Source: an uncultured Muribaculaceae bacterium (lineage in GTDB: Bacteria > Bacillota_I > Bacilli_A > RF39 > UBA660). From it: a stretch of DNA of 55,737 nt. Of this stretch, positions 38,507 to 48,787 are shown in pieces. The position numbers and the translations under genes are program-made. Every line of letters begins with the position of its first letter. The first letter of the stretch is position 1. Where the stretch lies: the NCBI GenBank assembly GCA_964458035.1, contig CAYWFZ010000005.1, forward strand, positions 1 through 55,737. Reading direction: 5' to 3'. The notes below the pieces were generated by a model. It saw only the letters and a program-made list of their open reading frames with translations. It made no database searches and was not told the origin of the DNA.

Positions 38507-39886
38507 ATGAACTTTTTAGATAAGATAAAGAAAGATTACGTTGAAGTAACAGACTTAGTAATTAAGCCTTTTGGAAGTATTACTATTGTCTATTTAGAAA
38601 CACTGGCAGATCAGAATAAAATTAATGACTATATCTTAAAAATACTTTCTAACAATAAAAAAGTAACAGACATAAAATCAGTAATACCCTCTCCTAATGT
38701 AAAAGACATTAAAACATATGAAGAATTATGTCTTTTTTTAGAATCAGGATTCACTATCCTTTTTAATAAAAATATAGTTATCGCGATTGAAACAAAAAGT
38801 GATTTAAATAGAAGTATTGATACTCCTTCAACCGAAGCAACTATATATGGACCTAAAGATGCTTTAGTAGAAAACTATCAAACCAATCTCGGTTTAATTA
38901 AAAGACGCGTTAAAAGCAAAAGATTAAAAAATATAATTGTTAATGTTGGAGTCTATACAAAGACTACCACATCACTACTTTATATTGATGGATTAGCTAA
39001 AAAGGAAATTATTAATAAAACTTTAGAAAATTTAAAAGGTATAAAGATCGATGGTATTACTGATGTAGGTGAATTAAAACCACATTTGGTAAGTGATAAA
39101 AGAAATGTATTTCCAGGTATAAAAATAACTGAAAGACCCGATGTTATAGCTGATGCATTACTTAAAGGAAAAATAGTTCTATTGCTTGATACATCTCCTT
39201 ATGCTTTAATATTACCAACATTTTTAGCTGACTTTATTAATCCCATGAGTGATAAATACACCAAACCATCTAGTGTTAATTTTATAAAAATACTGCGTCT
39301 TTTTTGTTTTTTTATAGCAATATTTGTCCCAGCATTCTATGTAGCAGTTACAACAATAAATCAAGAGACTATACCAACTAGCTTACTTATTAATTTGCAA
39401 AATCAAAGGATGAATGTTCCATTCCCTGCTGTTATGGAATGTGTAATAACTCTAATTATTTGTGAAATATTAAGAGAAAGTGATATAAGGTTTCCTTCAA
39501 GTTATGGTTCGGCTATTTCTATTTTAGGAGCTTTAATTTTAGGTGAAGCAGCTGTTTCTGCTGGAATAGTATCTCCTATCATGATAATTGTTGCATCTAT
39601 TACTTTTATTTCTAGCATGATTTTTACAGATACGGAGATAATTGATGCTTTAAGATATTGGAGGTTTATTTCTTTATTTGTTTCTGCTGTATTTGGTCTA
39701 TATGGAGTTGGGCTTTCTATTATCCTTTTGTTTATTAACCTCTCTAATTATGAAGTTAATGGACACTCATATCTTTATCCAGTAGCTCCATTTGATAAGG
39801 TTTATTTAAAAGAAACCTTAATAAAACTAAAAAATAATAAAAGAAGTAGAATTTTAAGTAATAATAGAATTAAGGGGAGATTATGA
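38507..39886 (+). CDS. Spore germinant receptor subunit A (GerAA/GerKA family)
   Basis: RSIDTPSTEATIYGPKDALVE, TERPDV, R.NVPFPA..E, SILGALILGEAAVSAGIVSP. Confidence 0.93.
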   Translation: MNFLDKIKKDYVEVTDLVIKPFGSITIVYLETLADQNKINDYILKILSNNKKVTDIKSVIPSPNVKDIKTYEELCLFLESGFTILFNKNIVIAIETKSDLNRSIDTPSTEATIYGPKDALVENYQTNLGLIKRRVKSKRLKNIIVNVGVYTKTTTSLLYIDGLAKKEIINKTLENLKGIKIDGITDVGELKPHLVSDKRNVFPGIKITERPDVIADALLKGKIVLLLDTSPYALILPTFLADFINPMSDKYTKPSSVNFIKILRLFCFFIAIFVPAFYVAVTTINQETIPTSLLINLQNQRMNVPFPAVMECVITLIICEILRESDIRFPSSYGSAISILGALILGEAAVSAGIVSPIMIIVASITFISSMIFTDTEIIDALRYWRFISLFVSAVFGLYGVGLSIILLFINLSNYEVNGHSYLYPVAPFDKVYLKETLIKLKNNKRSRILSNNRIKGRL

Positions 39887-40854
39887 AAAGATTAATTATA
39901 ATGCTACTATGTTTATTTACTCTAACTGGCTGCTATAACTATATTGAACTTGATAACCTAGCAGTAGTTTCATCTATATTCATTGATTATAAGGATGACG
40001 AATATAAAGTTAATATTGAAGTTTATAAGGAAGATGATAAGGTTGAAACATTTGAAGAATCAGGATCTTCTTTAACAGAAGCATTTAATAACGCTGAAGA
40101 AATGAGTAAAAGAAAGTTTTACTTTAGACATATTAATGCTGTAATATTTACGGGTAATGTTCCTATAAATGATCTTGTATATTATTTTTTTAGAAATCCT
40201 GATACTAATGATAACTTTGCTTTTGTCTATACAAATGAAGACAAGATTTATGAAGATGAAGAAGTTAACGTAGGTGAATTAATTAAGAATAATATAGATG
40301 ATGATGACTTATGTTCTTTCTTTGAAATAATGAAAGGATATGTTAATAAATTAAGAGACTTTGCAATTCCAATGTTTGATGGAAAAAAACTTGGTGGTAT
40401 GAAAGCTTATAAAGAGTTAGATCCTAAAGAAGAATTCAACAGTGAAGATGAAGAAATATTTAAGGTATTAAAGAATAAAAATGACGGTTATCTACAAGCT
40501 CCATGTGGTGACAAAGACTTTATTATTAATATAGATTCAATAAAAACTAAATATAAAATTGGCGATAAAATAAAGATTAAGATAGAACTTAAAACTAGTA
40601 TTCAAGAAATGAACTGTGATTTAGATATCACTAAGCCAAAAGATTTACTGGCTCTTGAGAGAATGGCAGAAAAAAGTTTGGAATCTCGAATGCTAGAATT
40701 TATGGATACTTTAAAACGTGAAGAAACAGACATTTTAGGTATTAATACATTCATTATGAATAAATATAAAAAACTAGATAAGAAGTTTAACGAGTATGAG
40801 TATGAAGCAGATGCAGATATCGCAATATATAAGAAAGGATTACTATTAAAATGA
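39883..40854 (+). CDS. Spore germinant receptor subunit C (Ger(x)C lipoprotein)
   Basis: Lipobox LTGC followed by YNYIELDNLAVV..I.ID; TDILG near the C-terminus; operon position. Confidence 0.88.
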   Translation: MKRLIIMLLCLFTLTGCYNYIELDNLAVVSSIFIDYKDDEYKVNIEVYKEDDKVETFEESGSSLTEAFNNAEEMSKRKFYFRHINAVIFTGNVPINDLVYYFFRNPDTNDNFAFVYTNEDKIYEDEEVNVGELIKNNIDDDDLCSFFEIMKGYVNKLRDFAIPMFDGKKLGGMKAYKELDPKEEFNSEDEEIFKVLKNKNDGYLQAPCGDKDFIINIDSIKTKYKIGDKIKIKIELKTSIQEMNCDLDITKPKDLLALERMAEKSLESRMLEFMDTLKREETDILGINTFIMNKYKKLDKKFNEYEYEADADIAIYKKGLLLK

Positions 40855-41795
40855 AAAAAGAATTTAATATGTTAAACTATTTTAATACTCGAGCATTATT
40901 TATGGGAATTGGCTTATCAAGAATTATTGCAACTTCGAGAGAATATACATATATTTCAATAATAATTGGTACTTTAATAGGATTACTACTCTTATACTTA
41001 TTAAAACTAGAAATGAAGTCATCTATTACTAATGTGCTTCTTAATTCTACAGTTATAATTATTTCTTTAGTTATATTAATAAATATGATATCAACAATGT
41101 ATTTAACAAAAATGCCAAAACTATTAATTGGTCTACCATTTTGTTTATTACTCATGTACTTATTAAATAAAAAAGAAATTGTTTTATATAGATTATCTGG
41201 AATAATGTTATTTTTTAATCTAGCCTGTTATATTTTTGCATTTTTTTCTTTATCAAGATATTTTACTTTAGGCAATTTTTATTATACTAGTGTATCAATA
41301 AAGGAAATCATGTTTGCCGCTTTAGAATTTGCACTTTTTTCTATTACTCCAACATTCTTAACACGAACCACTGAAACAAAAGACATTAATATTTATAAGA
41401 TGTATATTGTATCTTCCATAACAATGGGTGTAATATTTATGCTTACCTATGGTATATTAGGTGCCAATGTTAGTAGTATTGTAAGATATCCAGAATATCT
41501 AATCTTAAAAGAAGTAAGTTTAACAACAGCGATACAAAACATTGAAAACATTGTTTCATTTATGTGGATAATTGATGTATTTATGTTGCTTGGTTCTTGT
41601 GGTAATTCTATAAAAAATAATGTTAAAAAACAATCAGTTATAAACATTATTCTACCAATACTTTTATTTATTACGACATATATGAATAATCATTATCAAT
41701 ATATTTTATTTATATACAAGTTTACCCCATTTATTTTAGTTATTGTATTAATTATTTTATGGCTTTCAAACAAAAAACTTATCTTTAATAGATAA
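40851..41795 (+). CDS. Spore germinant receptor subunit B (GerAB-like membrane protein)
   Basis: Multi-TM protein with YP...ILK.V...IQNIE...SFMW motif; A-C-B operon order. Confidence 0.82.
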   Translation: MKKEFNMLNYFNTRALFMGIGLSRIIATSREYTYISIIIGTLIGLLLLYLLKLEMKSSITNVLLNSTVIIISLVILINMISTMYLTKMPKLLIGLPFCLLLMYLLNKKEIVLYRLSGIMLFFNLACYIFAFFSLSRYFTLGNFYYTSVSIKEIMFAALEFALFSITPTFLTRTTETKDINIYKMYIVSSITMGVIFMLTYGILGANVSSIVRYPEYLILKEVSLTTAIQNIENIVSFMWIIDVFMLLGSCGNSIKNNVKKQSVINIILPILLFITTYMNNHYQYILFIYKFTPFILVIVLIILWLSNKKLIFNR

Positions 41796-41800
41796 GTTTT
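41775..41800. terminator. Bidirectional terminator
   Basis: AAAACTTATCT-TTAAT-AGATAAGTTTT between convergent genes. Confidence 0.75.
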
Positions 41801-42770
41801 ATTTTAGTTTTAGAGTTTTACTATCGACAAATTCAACTAGCTGATTAGGTAAAACACAGTTTCTTAAATATATCATTAGATAAAGTAGTTCTTTATTATT
41901 CGCAAGTATTTTCTTTATTCCATGAAGTTTTTCTTTGTTTAAATCAGGATTAATCATTTCCATATATTTTTCAAAATCTTCATTCATGGGATTTACTTTG
42001 TTTTCCATCCAAGGTTTGATACCTACAAGCCCTGCACTGTGATAAATCTTTCTATCTTGGATATCTTCTACTTTAAAATTGTTGACTGACCTTCTTTTAT
42101 CTTGATAGAATGCTCTATTGAGGTTTAAGAAGTCAATTAAGGCTGCGGGCCAAATATTATATTTATAAGGAAGTTCACTTATTGAGGAATTAAGAGAAGC
42201 ATTTAATAAATCTTGATCAGGCGCCATTAACTTCAATTCAGGATTGCTCATCCTAAAATCAATGATTTTCTTTTGATAATCATTATTAACCCATGAAGGT
42301 ACATCTATTAGTAAGACGCCGCTGTTATAATATTTACTAATTCCAAGCCCTTTTAATCGATATTTTAATACAGGTTCTGGTACAGCACTAATTGTTCCTT
42401 CAAATGAATGTAGTTCACTTAAATCCCCAACTACTATTGTATCAGAGTCTAAATAAAGTAATTTACCCATTTTCTTAGTCTCTATTATGTCAGCAAAAAA
42501 TAATCTAGCATTCGCAATTTGTGTTCCTCGCCAATCAGGAATACTATACTTACTAATATCGTAATTATCCAAGTCATAATAAGAAACTTGGCAATTTCTA
42601 GCCCCCTTAATAATATTATTAATTAAGATATAATCTACTTCTGTAAAAGAGGATGTAATTATATGAAAGTGAATATTAGTATCCTTATTATTTATTATTA
42701 AAGATAATAAAGATGAAGCCATAATATTTACATAGTTGTGATTCGCTGTATATAAAACATTTAAAGTCAT
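41799..42770 (-). CDS. Glycosyltransferase family 8
   Basis: ARLF, KLLYLDSDTIV, YYNSGVLLID, DQDLLN, H....KPW. Confidence 0.92.
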   Translation of the reverse strand: MTLNVLYTANHNYVNIMASSLLSLIINNKDTNIHFHIITSSFTEVDYILINNIIKGARNCQVSYYDLDNYDISKYSIPDWRGTQIANARLFFADIIETKKMGKLLYLDSDTIVVGDLSELHSFEGTISAVPEPVLKYRLKGLGISKYYNSGVLLIDVPSWVNNDYQKKIIDFRMSNPELKLMAPDQDLLNASLNSSISELPYKYNIWPAALIDFLNLNRAFYQDKRRSVNNFKVEDIQDRKIYHSAGLVGIKPWMENKVNPMNEDFEKYMEMINPDLNKEKLHGIKKILANNKELLYLMIYLRNCVLPNQLVEFVDSKTLKLK

Positions 42771-42870
42771 ATGGTCTTTCCCCCTTTATAGTTAACCTAT
42801 AATATTATACTAGAAATTAAAATATTTAGTAGTAAAAAAATGTACTTCAATTAGATGAAGCACATCTTTT

Positions 42871-44403
42871 TTATTCTTCGAATAGTTTCTTACCTGAATA
42901 TGTATAGTAAGTAGTTTTTCCGTCATTTTCAACTCTTATATAGTGATCTAAAAATGATGGAGTTGTGTTAAACTTAAGAACCTCTTTTTTAGTTTTTAAA
43001 GAAACTAGTTTGTACTCATCACCTTTTTTGGTGAATGCATAAAAGTCTTCTCCATTCGTTTTTATTTCTGCATTGTCATTTATAACATCAACAATGATTT
43101 TTCCTTTTTTATCTGCTATACCTTTTTTGTTGTCTTTAGTTATTATGTAATAATCTTTAACTTGATAAGATGCATCAAGGAAATCGCCTACTTTTTTGCC
43201 TTCAGTATTAATGAAGTAATAATTTTCTCCATCTTCACTTACTCTGGCAAGATTATTAGAATCGAATGTAATGGCCTTGTTAAATTTACGACCAAATAAT
43301 TCTTTACCTTTATAATTTACAAAAGTATATTCTTTATCTTTATATATTAGATATATACCATTTTCTGTATATCCCTTGTCAGAAAGTATGGCATTTTCGA
43401 TAGTTTTTATTGTCTTTCCATTTCTTAAAATTTGAACATCGTTGCCAACTTTAACAGCATAATTTTTGGCATCTTTATAAGACATTAAACTTAAATCTGT
43501 ATCTAATATTTTCCATTTTTTATCTAATAAATGACTTACTTCATTTTTAGTACATATTAATTTGTCATTACTTAGTGATATTGAATCACATTCTCCGTCT
43601 TTGCTTTTTAATTTACCATTTTCAAGTATTTTATACTTGACATTCTCCGATGCTTCATACCATGTTACACACGAATTTAAAGCAATTGTTTCCCCATCCT
43701 CACTGACATTATTTATACAATATTGTTCATCTTCTTTTATTTTAGAGATGATTTTACCTGTATCAGCATTAAATATTATGGTTAAACCATCATAGAATAC
43801 TGAAACATATTCTAAAAAGTCACTTGAAGTTGGTGCAATTTGCTCTTCTGCATCTTTATTTACTTTAAACGTATAGACTTTCTTTCCATTATACGTATAG
43901 ACAACATATTTATCTTTGTTTAAAATAATTGTTGCTGAATTTAAGTAAGAGTTTGACTTAATATCAAAGTTTTTTGATTTTATAATTTTTTTACCCTTAG
44001 AATTTAATAGACTATAGGTATTTTCTTTTTCTTCTACTCTAAATAATCCACCATTTTGCATTATAGAGTTATATTTCCCTGGCTTTGCAACATATTTACC
44101 TTTTTCATTTATAATAGCTACTTTCCCATCCTTATCTTTTACTTTAGCAACACCATTATAAAGCTCTTCAACAGAATCGTATATAAATTCCGTTAATTGT
44201 TTTCCTTTTTCATTAAACATTGCGTACTTTTCATCTTTATTCTTGATGAAGAAAGATGTTGATACTTCTGGATCACTTGGCTTACTTGTTGCCATATTTA
44301 TAAATTTAACAACAAATAATACAAGTATAAGTAATATTAAAACAGCGATTACTCGTAATATTGTAGTTCTATGTTTACCAATAAATTTGTTTATTTTTTC
44401 CAT
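42871..44403 (-). CDS. Membrane-anchored WG-repeat-like protein
   Basis: N-terminal TM and repeated (Y/V)xxINxKGK units. Confidence 0.75.
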   Translation of the reverse strand: MEKINKFIGKHRTTILRVIAVLILLILVLFVVKFINMATSKPSDPEVSTSFFIKNKDEKYAMFNEKGKQLTEFIYDSVEELYNGVAKVKDKDGKVAIINEKGKYVAKPGKYNSIMQNGGLFRVEEKENTYSLLNSKGKKIIKSKNFDIKSNSYLNSATIILNKDKYVVYTYNGKKVYTFKVNKDAEEQIAPTSSDFLEYVSVFYDGLTIIFNADTGKIISKIKEDEQYCINNVSEDGETIALNSCVTWYEASENVKYKILENGKLKSKDGECDSISLSNDKLICTKNEVSHLLDKKWKILDTDLSLMSYKDAKNYAVKVGNDVQILRNGKTIKTIENAILSDKGYTENGIYLIYKDKEYTFVNYKGKELFGRKFNKAITFDSNNLARVSEDGENYYFINTEGKKVGDFLDASYQVKDYYIITKDNKKGIADKKGKIIVDVINDNAEIKTNGEDFYAFTKKGDEYKLVSLKTKKEVLKFNTTPSFLDHYIRVENDGKTTYYTYSGKKLFEE

Positions 44404-44519
44404 ATTACACCTCTATTAATATATTATCAAAAATAATTCGTTTTTTAAACCTATTTCATTAAAAGAAATAAAAAATAGTGCAATAAAAATTAGCGCCTAG
44501 TATCTTAATTGATAAAAAC

Positions 44520-44548
44520 TTGTATTGTTAAATAAACTCTGTTATACT
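44520..44548 (+). promoter_or_regulatory. Sigma-A promoter of candidate antitoxin sRNA 2
   Basis: TTGTAT, 17 nt spacer, extended TG-n-TATACT; same -35 as locus 1. Confidence 0.7.
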
Positions 44549-44554
44549 TTAGAT

Positions 44555-44643
44555 GAGTGTGAAGCAGAAGTCCCTTTTGGCTGATGCGCAACACTATGTT
44601 TTTTGGTTTAGCATCTTTATTCAGAAAATAAAGATGCTTTTTT
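44555..44643 (+). ncRNA. Candidate antisense (type I antitoxin) sRNA 2, about 90 nt
   Basis: 5' hairpin AGUGU..GCA-GA-AGUC-loop-GGCU-GA-UGC..ACACU; terminator AGCATCTTTATT-CAGAA-AATAAAGATGCT with T tract; homologous to 7262-7343. Confidence 0.65.
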
Positions 44644-44647
44644 AATG

Positions 44648-44722
44648 TCAACCTTTTATAATTAACAATAAAATTATAATTAACAATAGTACTATGATAT
44701 CTAGCAACCTACGATTAATCAT
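44648..44722 (-). CDS. Small hydrophobic peptide, candidate type I toxin (MINRRLLDIIVLLLIIILLLIIKG)
   Basis: ATG after SD GAAGGGGTG; single TM; SD region pairs with upstream 44780-44793. Confidence 0.75.
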   Translation of the reverse strand: MINRRLLDIIVLLLIIILLLIIKG

Positions 44723-44824
44723 AAACAACACCCCTTCTATTCACTTCAATCCCCCCTGAATAAATTTAAGCCAAAAGGTATAGAATGAGTGTTACGCATC
44801 TTTTCTTCTGCTTCACAAGTTGTT

Positions 44825-44853
44825 ATTATAAAAACATTTCTATATTCTAACAA
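44825..44853 (-). promoter_or_regulatory. Sigma-A promoter of peptide mRNA 2
   Basis: Minus strand TTGTTA, 17 nt spacer, TATAAT. Confidence 0.65.
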
Positions 44854-44871
44854 GAGTTTATTTTAGCTTGT

Positions 44872-44880
44872 TTTGTCGAA
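44872..44880. promoter_or_regulatory. Spo0A box
   Basis: TTTGTCGAA, same orientation relative to the peptide gene as in locus 1. Confidence 0.6.
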
Positions 44881-44931
44881 AAAGGACAAACTACTAACAG
44901 ATATTAAAAATACGCACGAAAAAAGATATTA

Positions 44932-46443
44932 CTATAATAGTAACATCTTCACTTCTTCACTTAAAGAAACTACTTTCTTTCCTTTTAGTGTATCTTTATT
45001 TTCACGAATAGCTTTAATAAAGAAACTAAGTTCGCTTGATTTTTTAGCATATTGTTTTGATAGGTTATCAGCTATTTGAATTAGTAAGTCTCCAAGACTT
45101 GTATTACCTAAGCGATAGTTCTCACGAGCCATTATAGCAATTTTAAATACATCTTCTTCTGTATACTGTTCCATATTGGCATACTCTGCATAATTAATAG
45201 TATTATTTTTAATACTTTCGATAATATCTGAAATTCCTTCAATATTATAGTTATATTCTATATCCATTTTATGTACTCTAGAATATGGATGTACTTCTTT
45301 TTTTGGTGCCATATATTTTTCTATAAGTGCATTTTCCATTTCTTCAGTCATTGGTCTTGAGACAAGTACTAATAAATCGAATATTTCAGCAAGTTTTAAT
45401 ACTCTCTTTTCTTCATTCATTTCCTCATAAGATGATTCAAAATCATTAAGGATGTTTAGAATGTAGAAAATCCATGAATCTTTTTTTATAGTTTCTAAGT
45501 ATTCCCATATAACCTCATCAGCAGATGAGAAGTCTTTATTTTGAATGCAGTTGTAAATACTTTCTAAAGTATCATAAAGATATCCACTTAAATCTCCCTT
45601 GTAATCATAAACTATACTTTCTTCTTCAGTCTTTTTTATCTTTTTAGCCATAGCTGTAATTATAGAATCATTGTTAAATTTAATTATCTTATCTAAATCT
45701 CTTGCTTCAACCAAATCATAAATATCATAACATTTTGGAAGTTCTTTTGGCTTCTCTAAAGGTAACCCATAAAGAACATCATTTAATAAGTCGCACATAG
45801 CAATTTGATTTTTTGTTGTACCTGAGTTTTGATCGAAAGTATTTAAAGTCTTTCTTATTTCTTCAATATTTCCATTTTCAATGCAATATAGAAGATAATC
45901 TCTCTTTTGATTTTTTATTGCTTTAAGTAAGTAATATGTTATACTTTCTGCTGGATTTAATGCACGATTGAAAAGTTTTCTAAAACCCTTAAGTGCTTTA
46001 TCATATTCTTTGTTATAAATAAGAGTTCTCAAATAATTTTGATAATTTATATTACTAAATCTTTCATCCCTTCTATCTAATAGAATATCTTTTAATTTAA
46101 AGCTATATTGTTTTACTCCCCTAAGTTCTTCTAAAAGCGTAATATATAAAGATAAATCTTTCTCATATTTACCCTTAGATGAATATAATTTTAAAGCATA
46201 TTTATATGCAACATCAATATTATTAAGTTTAATGTTATAAAACATGATTAAGAATTTTAAATAATTTTTTTCACTCTTCTTATCAAAAATCATAAGAATA
46301 CTTAAAAATCTTTCTAAGTTTATTTCATTATAATAAGTACAATTTAATACTTCATCTAATGTAACTCCATTTTCATTTAATAACTCTTCAGTTATTTCTA
46401 TATCACTTGAAACTATTTCTTCTAATGTCATAAAAGTGCACAT
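44932..46443 (-). CDS. Hypothetical alpha-helical protein
   Basis: Long ORF, Leu/Ile/Lys/Glu-rich, no motif recognised. Confidence 0.8.
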   Translation of the reverse strand: MCTFMTLEEIVSSDIEITEELLNENGVTLDEVLNCTYYNEINLERFLSILMIFDKKSEKNYLKFLIMFYNIKLNNIDVAYKYALKLYSSKGKYEKDLSLYITLLEELRGVKQYSFKLKDILLDRRDERFSNINYQNYLRTLIYNKEYDKALKGFRKLFNRALNPAESITYYLLKAIKNQKRDYLLYCIENGNIEEIRKTLNTFDQNSGTTKNQIAMCDLLNDVLYGLPLEKPKELPKCYDIYDLVEARDLDKIIKFNNDSIITAMAKKIKKTEEESIVYDYKGDLSGYLYDTLESIYNCIQNKDFSSADEVIWEYLETIKKDSWIFYILNILNDFESSYEEMNEEKRVLKLAEIFDLLVLVSRPMTEEMENALIEKYMAPKKEVHPYSRVHKMDIEYNYNIEGISDIIESIKNNTINYAEYANMEQYTEEDVFKIAIMARENYRLGNTSLGDLLIQIADNLSKQYAKKSSELSFFIKAIRENKDTLKGKKVVSLSEEVKMLLL

Positions 46444-46516
46444 CCTTTTCTTGTCTTAGTAAGTTATTATAGCAGTGTTTATACAAAAATAAAAGAAGAA
46501 ATTGGCATTTCCTCTT

Positions 46517-47188
46517 TTAATCTCTATCTCTAAATGCAAGTAGGTAGTATAACATTTGTAATAAAGTCGTTAATACTCCTGCAACATAAGTCATTGCAGC
46601 TGATGTTAATACTTTTTTAGTACCAGTTTGCTCAACTTCATCTATTAGATTTAGACTTAATAATATTTCATTAGCACGTTTTGATGCATCAAACTCAACA
46701 GGTAAAGTAACAAGTTGAAATGCTAAAGATGCTGATGTTAAAACTACAGAAACCATAATTAAATCAACACTTTGAAATATAAAACCAGCTATTAAAGTAA
46801 AATAGGCAATTTTATTAGAAAATGAAACTAATGGAAATATAGCACTTCTTATTTTCATCCAAGTATATCCTTCTTTATCTTGGATAGCGTGTCCACATTC
46901 ATGAGCAGCAACTGATGCAGCAGCTATACTCTCACCATGAAATATATCACTGCTAAGTTTTACTGTCTTTCTCGAAGGATCATAGCAATCTGTTAATTCA
47001 CCTGGAACTTCAACAATATAGATATCTTCTAGACCATTAGCATCTAGTATTTTTCTAGCTACTTCAAAACCACTTAACTTTTTATTTGTATCAATTTGTT
47101 TAAATTTCTTGTAATTTGCATTAATATTAAACGATGCAATTGCTGGTATTACAAGTAATAATAAATATATTATAATCATTAAATCCAT
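46517..47188 (-). CDS. Zinc metallopeptidase, YugP family
   Basis: G.LTD.YDP, VAAHECGHAIQ (HExxH), TLPVEFDAS.RA, AAMTYVA. Confidence 0.93.
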   Translation of the reverse strand: MDLMIIIYLLLLVIPAIASFNINANYKKFKQIDTNKKLSGFEVARKILDANGLEDIYIVEVPGELTDCYDPSRKTVKLSSDIFHGESIAAASVAAHECGHAIQDKEGYTWMKIRSAIFPLVSFSNKIAYFTLIAGFIFQSVDLIMVSVVLTSASLAFQLVTLPVEFDASKRANEILLSLNLIDEVEQTGTKKVLTSAAMTYVAGVLTTLLQMLYYLLAFRDRD

Positions 47189-47238
47189 TTATATTCACCA
47201 TATTTAATTTAACATACATTTATGAATTTTATGTTAAA

Positions 47239-48636
47239 TTATGACCCAACTATTTTATAAGTTGTTCCTTCCCTTGTATCTATTAACTCGATTCCTTTTT
47301 TATATAAATCATCTCTTATTGAATCGGCTAATTCATAATCTTTTTTCTTCTTTGCTTCATTTCTTGCGTCAATTAATTTTAAAATTTCTTCATCTGCTTC
47401 AAATACTTTACTTTCTTGAATTAAATCAAGTGCTAAAACTTCATCAAAAGATTTAATAAGTTCTAGTTTTGTGTTTCCATTTACTTCACTATCTTTTAAT
47501 AAATCATATAGAGTCGATAAAGCATTTGCTGTATTTAAGTCATTTTCTAAATGAGTTTTAAATGTTTCATTGTATTTTTTAAATGATACTTCATCTAATT
47601 CGCCAGATGTTTCAATAGATGATATTTTATTTCGCAATTTTTTTAATGTCGATTCTGCTTGATTTATAGAATCATATGAGAATAACATTTGTTTACGATA
47701 ATGACTATTTAGGCATAAGAATCTAAAACTTAGTGGATCATAGCCTTTTTCTTTTAAAAGAGATACTGTTAAAAATTCGCCATGAGACTTACTCATCTTA
47801 CCTGTATCATCTAATAAGTGTTCGTTATGGAACCAGTAGTTGCACCACTTATGTCCAAGGTATGCTTCACTTTGAGCTATTTCATTTGTGTGATGTGGGA
47901 ATATATTATCAACTCCACCACCATGGATATCTAAATACTCTCCTAAATATTTAATTGAGATACCAGAACATTCAATATGCCATCCAGGGTAACCTACTCC
48001 AAATGGAGAATCCCAAAGCATTTCGTGATTCTCAAACTTAGAAGATGTAAACCATAAGGCAAAATCAGCTTGATTTCTTTTATTACTATCAAACTCAACA
48101 CCTTCTCTTACTCCAACAACCATTTTATCTTCTGCTGCTTGATTAGTTAAGCAGTAATAGTTATTAGCCTTTGATATATCAAAGTAAACATTTCCTCCGG
48201 AGATATATGCGATGTCATCATCTAATAATTTTTGAATCATCTTAATATACATATCAATATTTTCTGTAGCAGGAGATGTTATATCCGGTCTTAAATTATT
48301 TAAGGCATCATAATCCTTAAAGAATGCATCTGTATAAAACGCAGCAATTTCATAAGCTGACTTACCTTCGCGTTTCTTAGCTACTTCCATTTTATCTTCA
48401 CCCGAGTCAGAATCACTTGTTAAATGTCCAACATCGGTAATATTCATAGCTCTAGTTACATTATAGCCAATGTATTTTAAAGTTCTAACTAATATATCAT
48501 GGCCAATATAATTACGCATATTACCTATATGAGCATAATGGTAAACTGTTGGTCCACATGTATATATTTTTACTTCTCCCTCTTGGTTAGGAACAAACTC
48601 TTCTATTTTTTTTGTTAATGTATTATATAATTTCAT
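47239..48636 (-). CDS. cysS: Cysteine--tRNA ligase
   Basis: [47 protein letters not shown]. Confidence 0.98.
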   Translation of the reverse strand: MKLYNTLTKKIEEFVPNQEGEVKIYTCGPTVYHYAHIGNMRNYIGHDILVRTLKYIGYNVTRAMNITDVGHLTSDSDSGEDKMEVAKKREGKSAYEIAAFYTDAFFKDYDALNNLRPDITSPATENIDMYIKMIQKLLDDDIAYISGGNVYFDISKANNYYCLTNQAAEDKMVVGVREGVEFDSNKRNQADFALWFTSSKFENHEMLWDSPFGVGYPGWHIECSGISIKYLGEYLDIHGGGVDNIFPHHTNEIAQSEAYLGHKWCNYWFHNEHLLDDTGKMSKSHGEFLTVSLLKEKGYDPLSFRFLCLNSHYRKQMLFSYDSINQAESTLKKLRNKISSIETSGELDEVSFKKYNETFKTHLENDLNTANALSTLYDLLKDSEVNGNTKLELIKSFDEVLALDLIQESKVFEADEEILKLIDARNEAKKKKDYELADSIRDDLYKKGIELIDTREGTTYKIVGS

Positions 48637-48661
48637 AAATATCACCTTTCTTATCGTTTTA

Positions 48662-48694
48662 TTAAATTATATAATTGCAACATCGTTTATACAT
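48662..48694 (-). CDS. Candidate cysS leader peptide MYKRCCNYII
   Basis: SD AAAGAAGGGA 5 nt before ATG; tandem Cys codons TGT TGC; stop 25 nt before the cysS ATG. Confidence 0.55.
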   Translation of the reverse strand: MYKRCCNYII

Positions 48695-48748
48695 AATTAT
48701 CCCTTCTTTTATATATCTATTATAAACTAATTAAGTCAGTTTTAAAAG

Positions 48749-48779
48749 AAAAAGTACATACCTAATTATATGTACTTTT
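48749..48779 (-). terminator. Intrinsic terminator
   Basis: AAAAGTACATA...TATGTACTTTT. Confidence 0.75.
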
Positions 48780-48787
48780 ACTATAAA

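Noticed and set aside
40877-41647. Minus-strand ORFs inside the gerB-subunit gene
   Set aside because: Antisense shadows of a hydrophobic, T-rich coding sequence
44520-44880. Assignment to the Fst/par family
   Set aside because: par loci use direct repeats and a bidirectional terminator, and Fst has a P...G..W motif with a charged tail; here the repeats are inverted, the terminator is one-directional and the motif is absent
44873-45079. 68-aa plus-strand ORF
   Set aside because: TTG start without SD, and mostly antisense to the 503-aa gene
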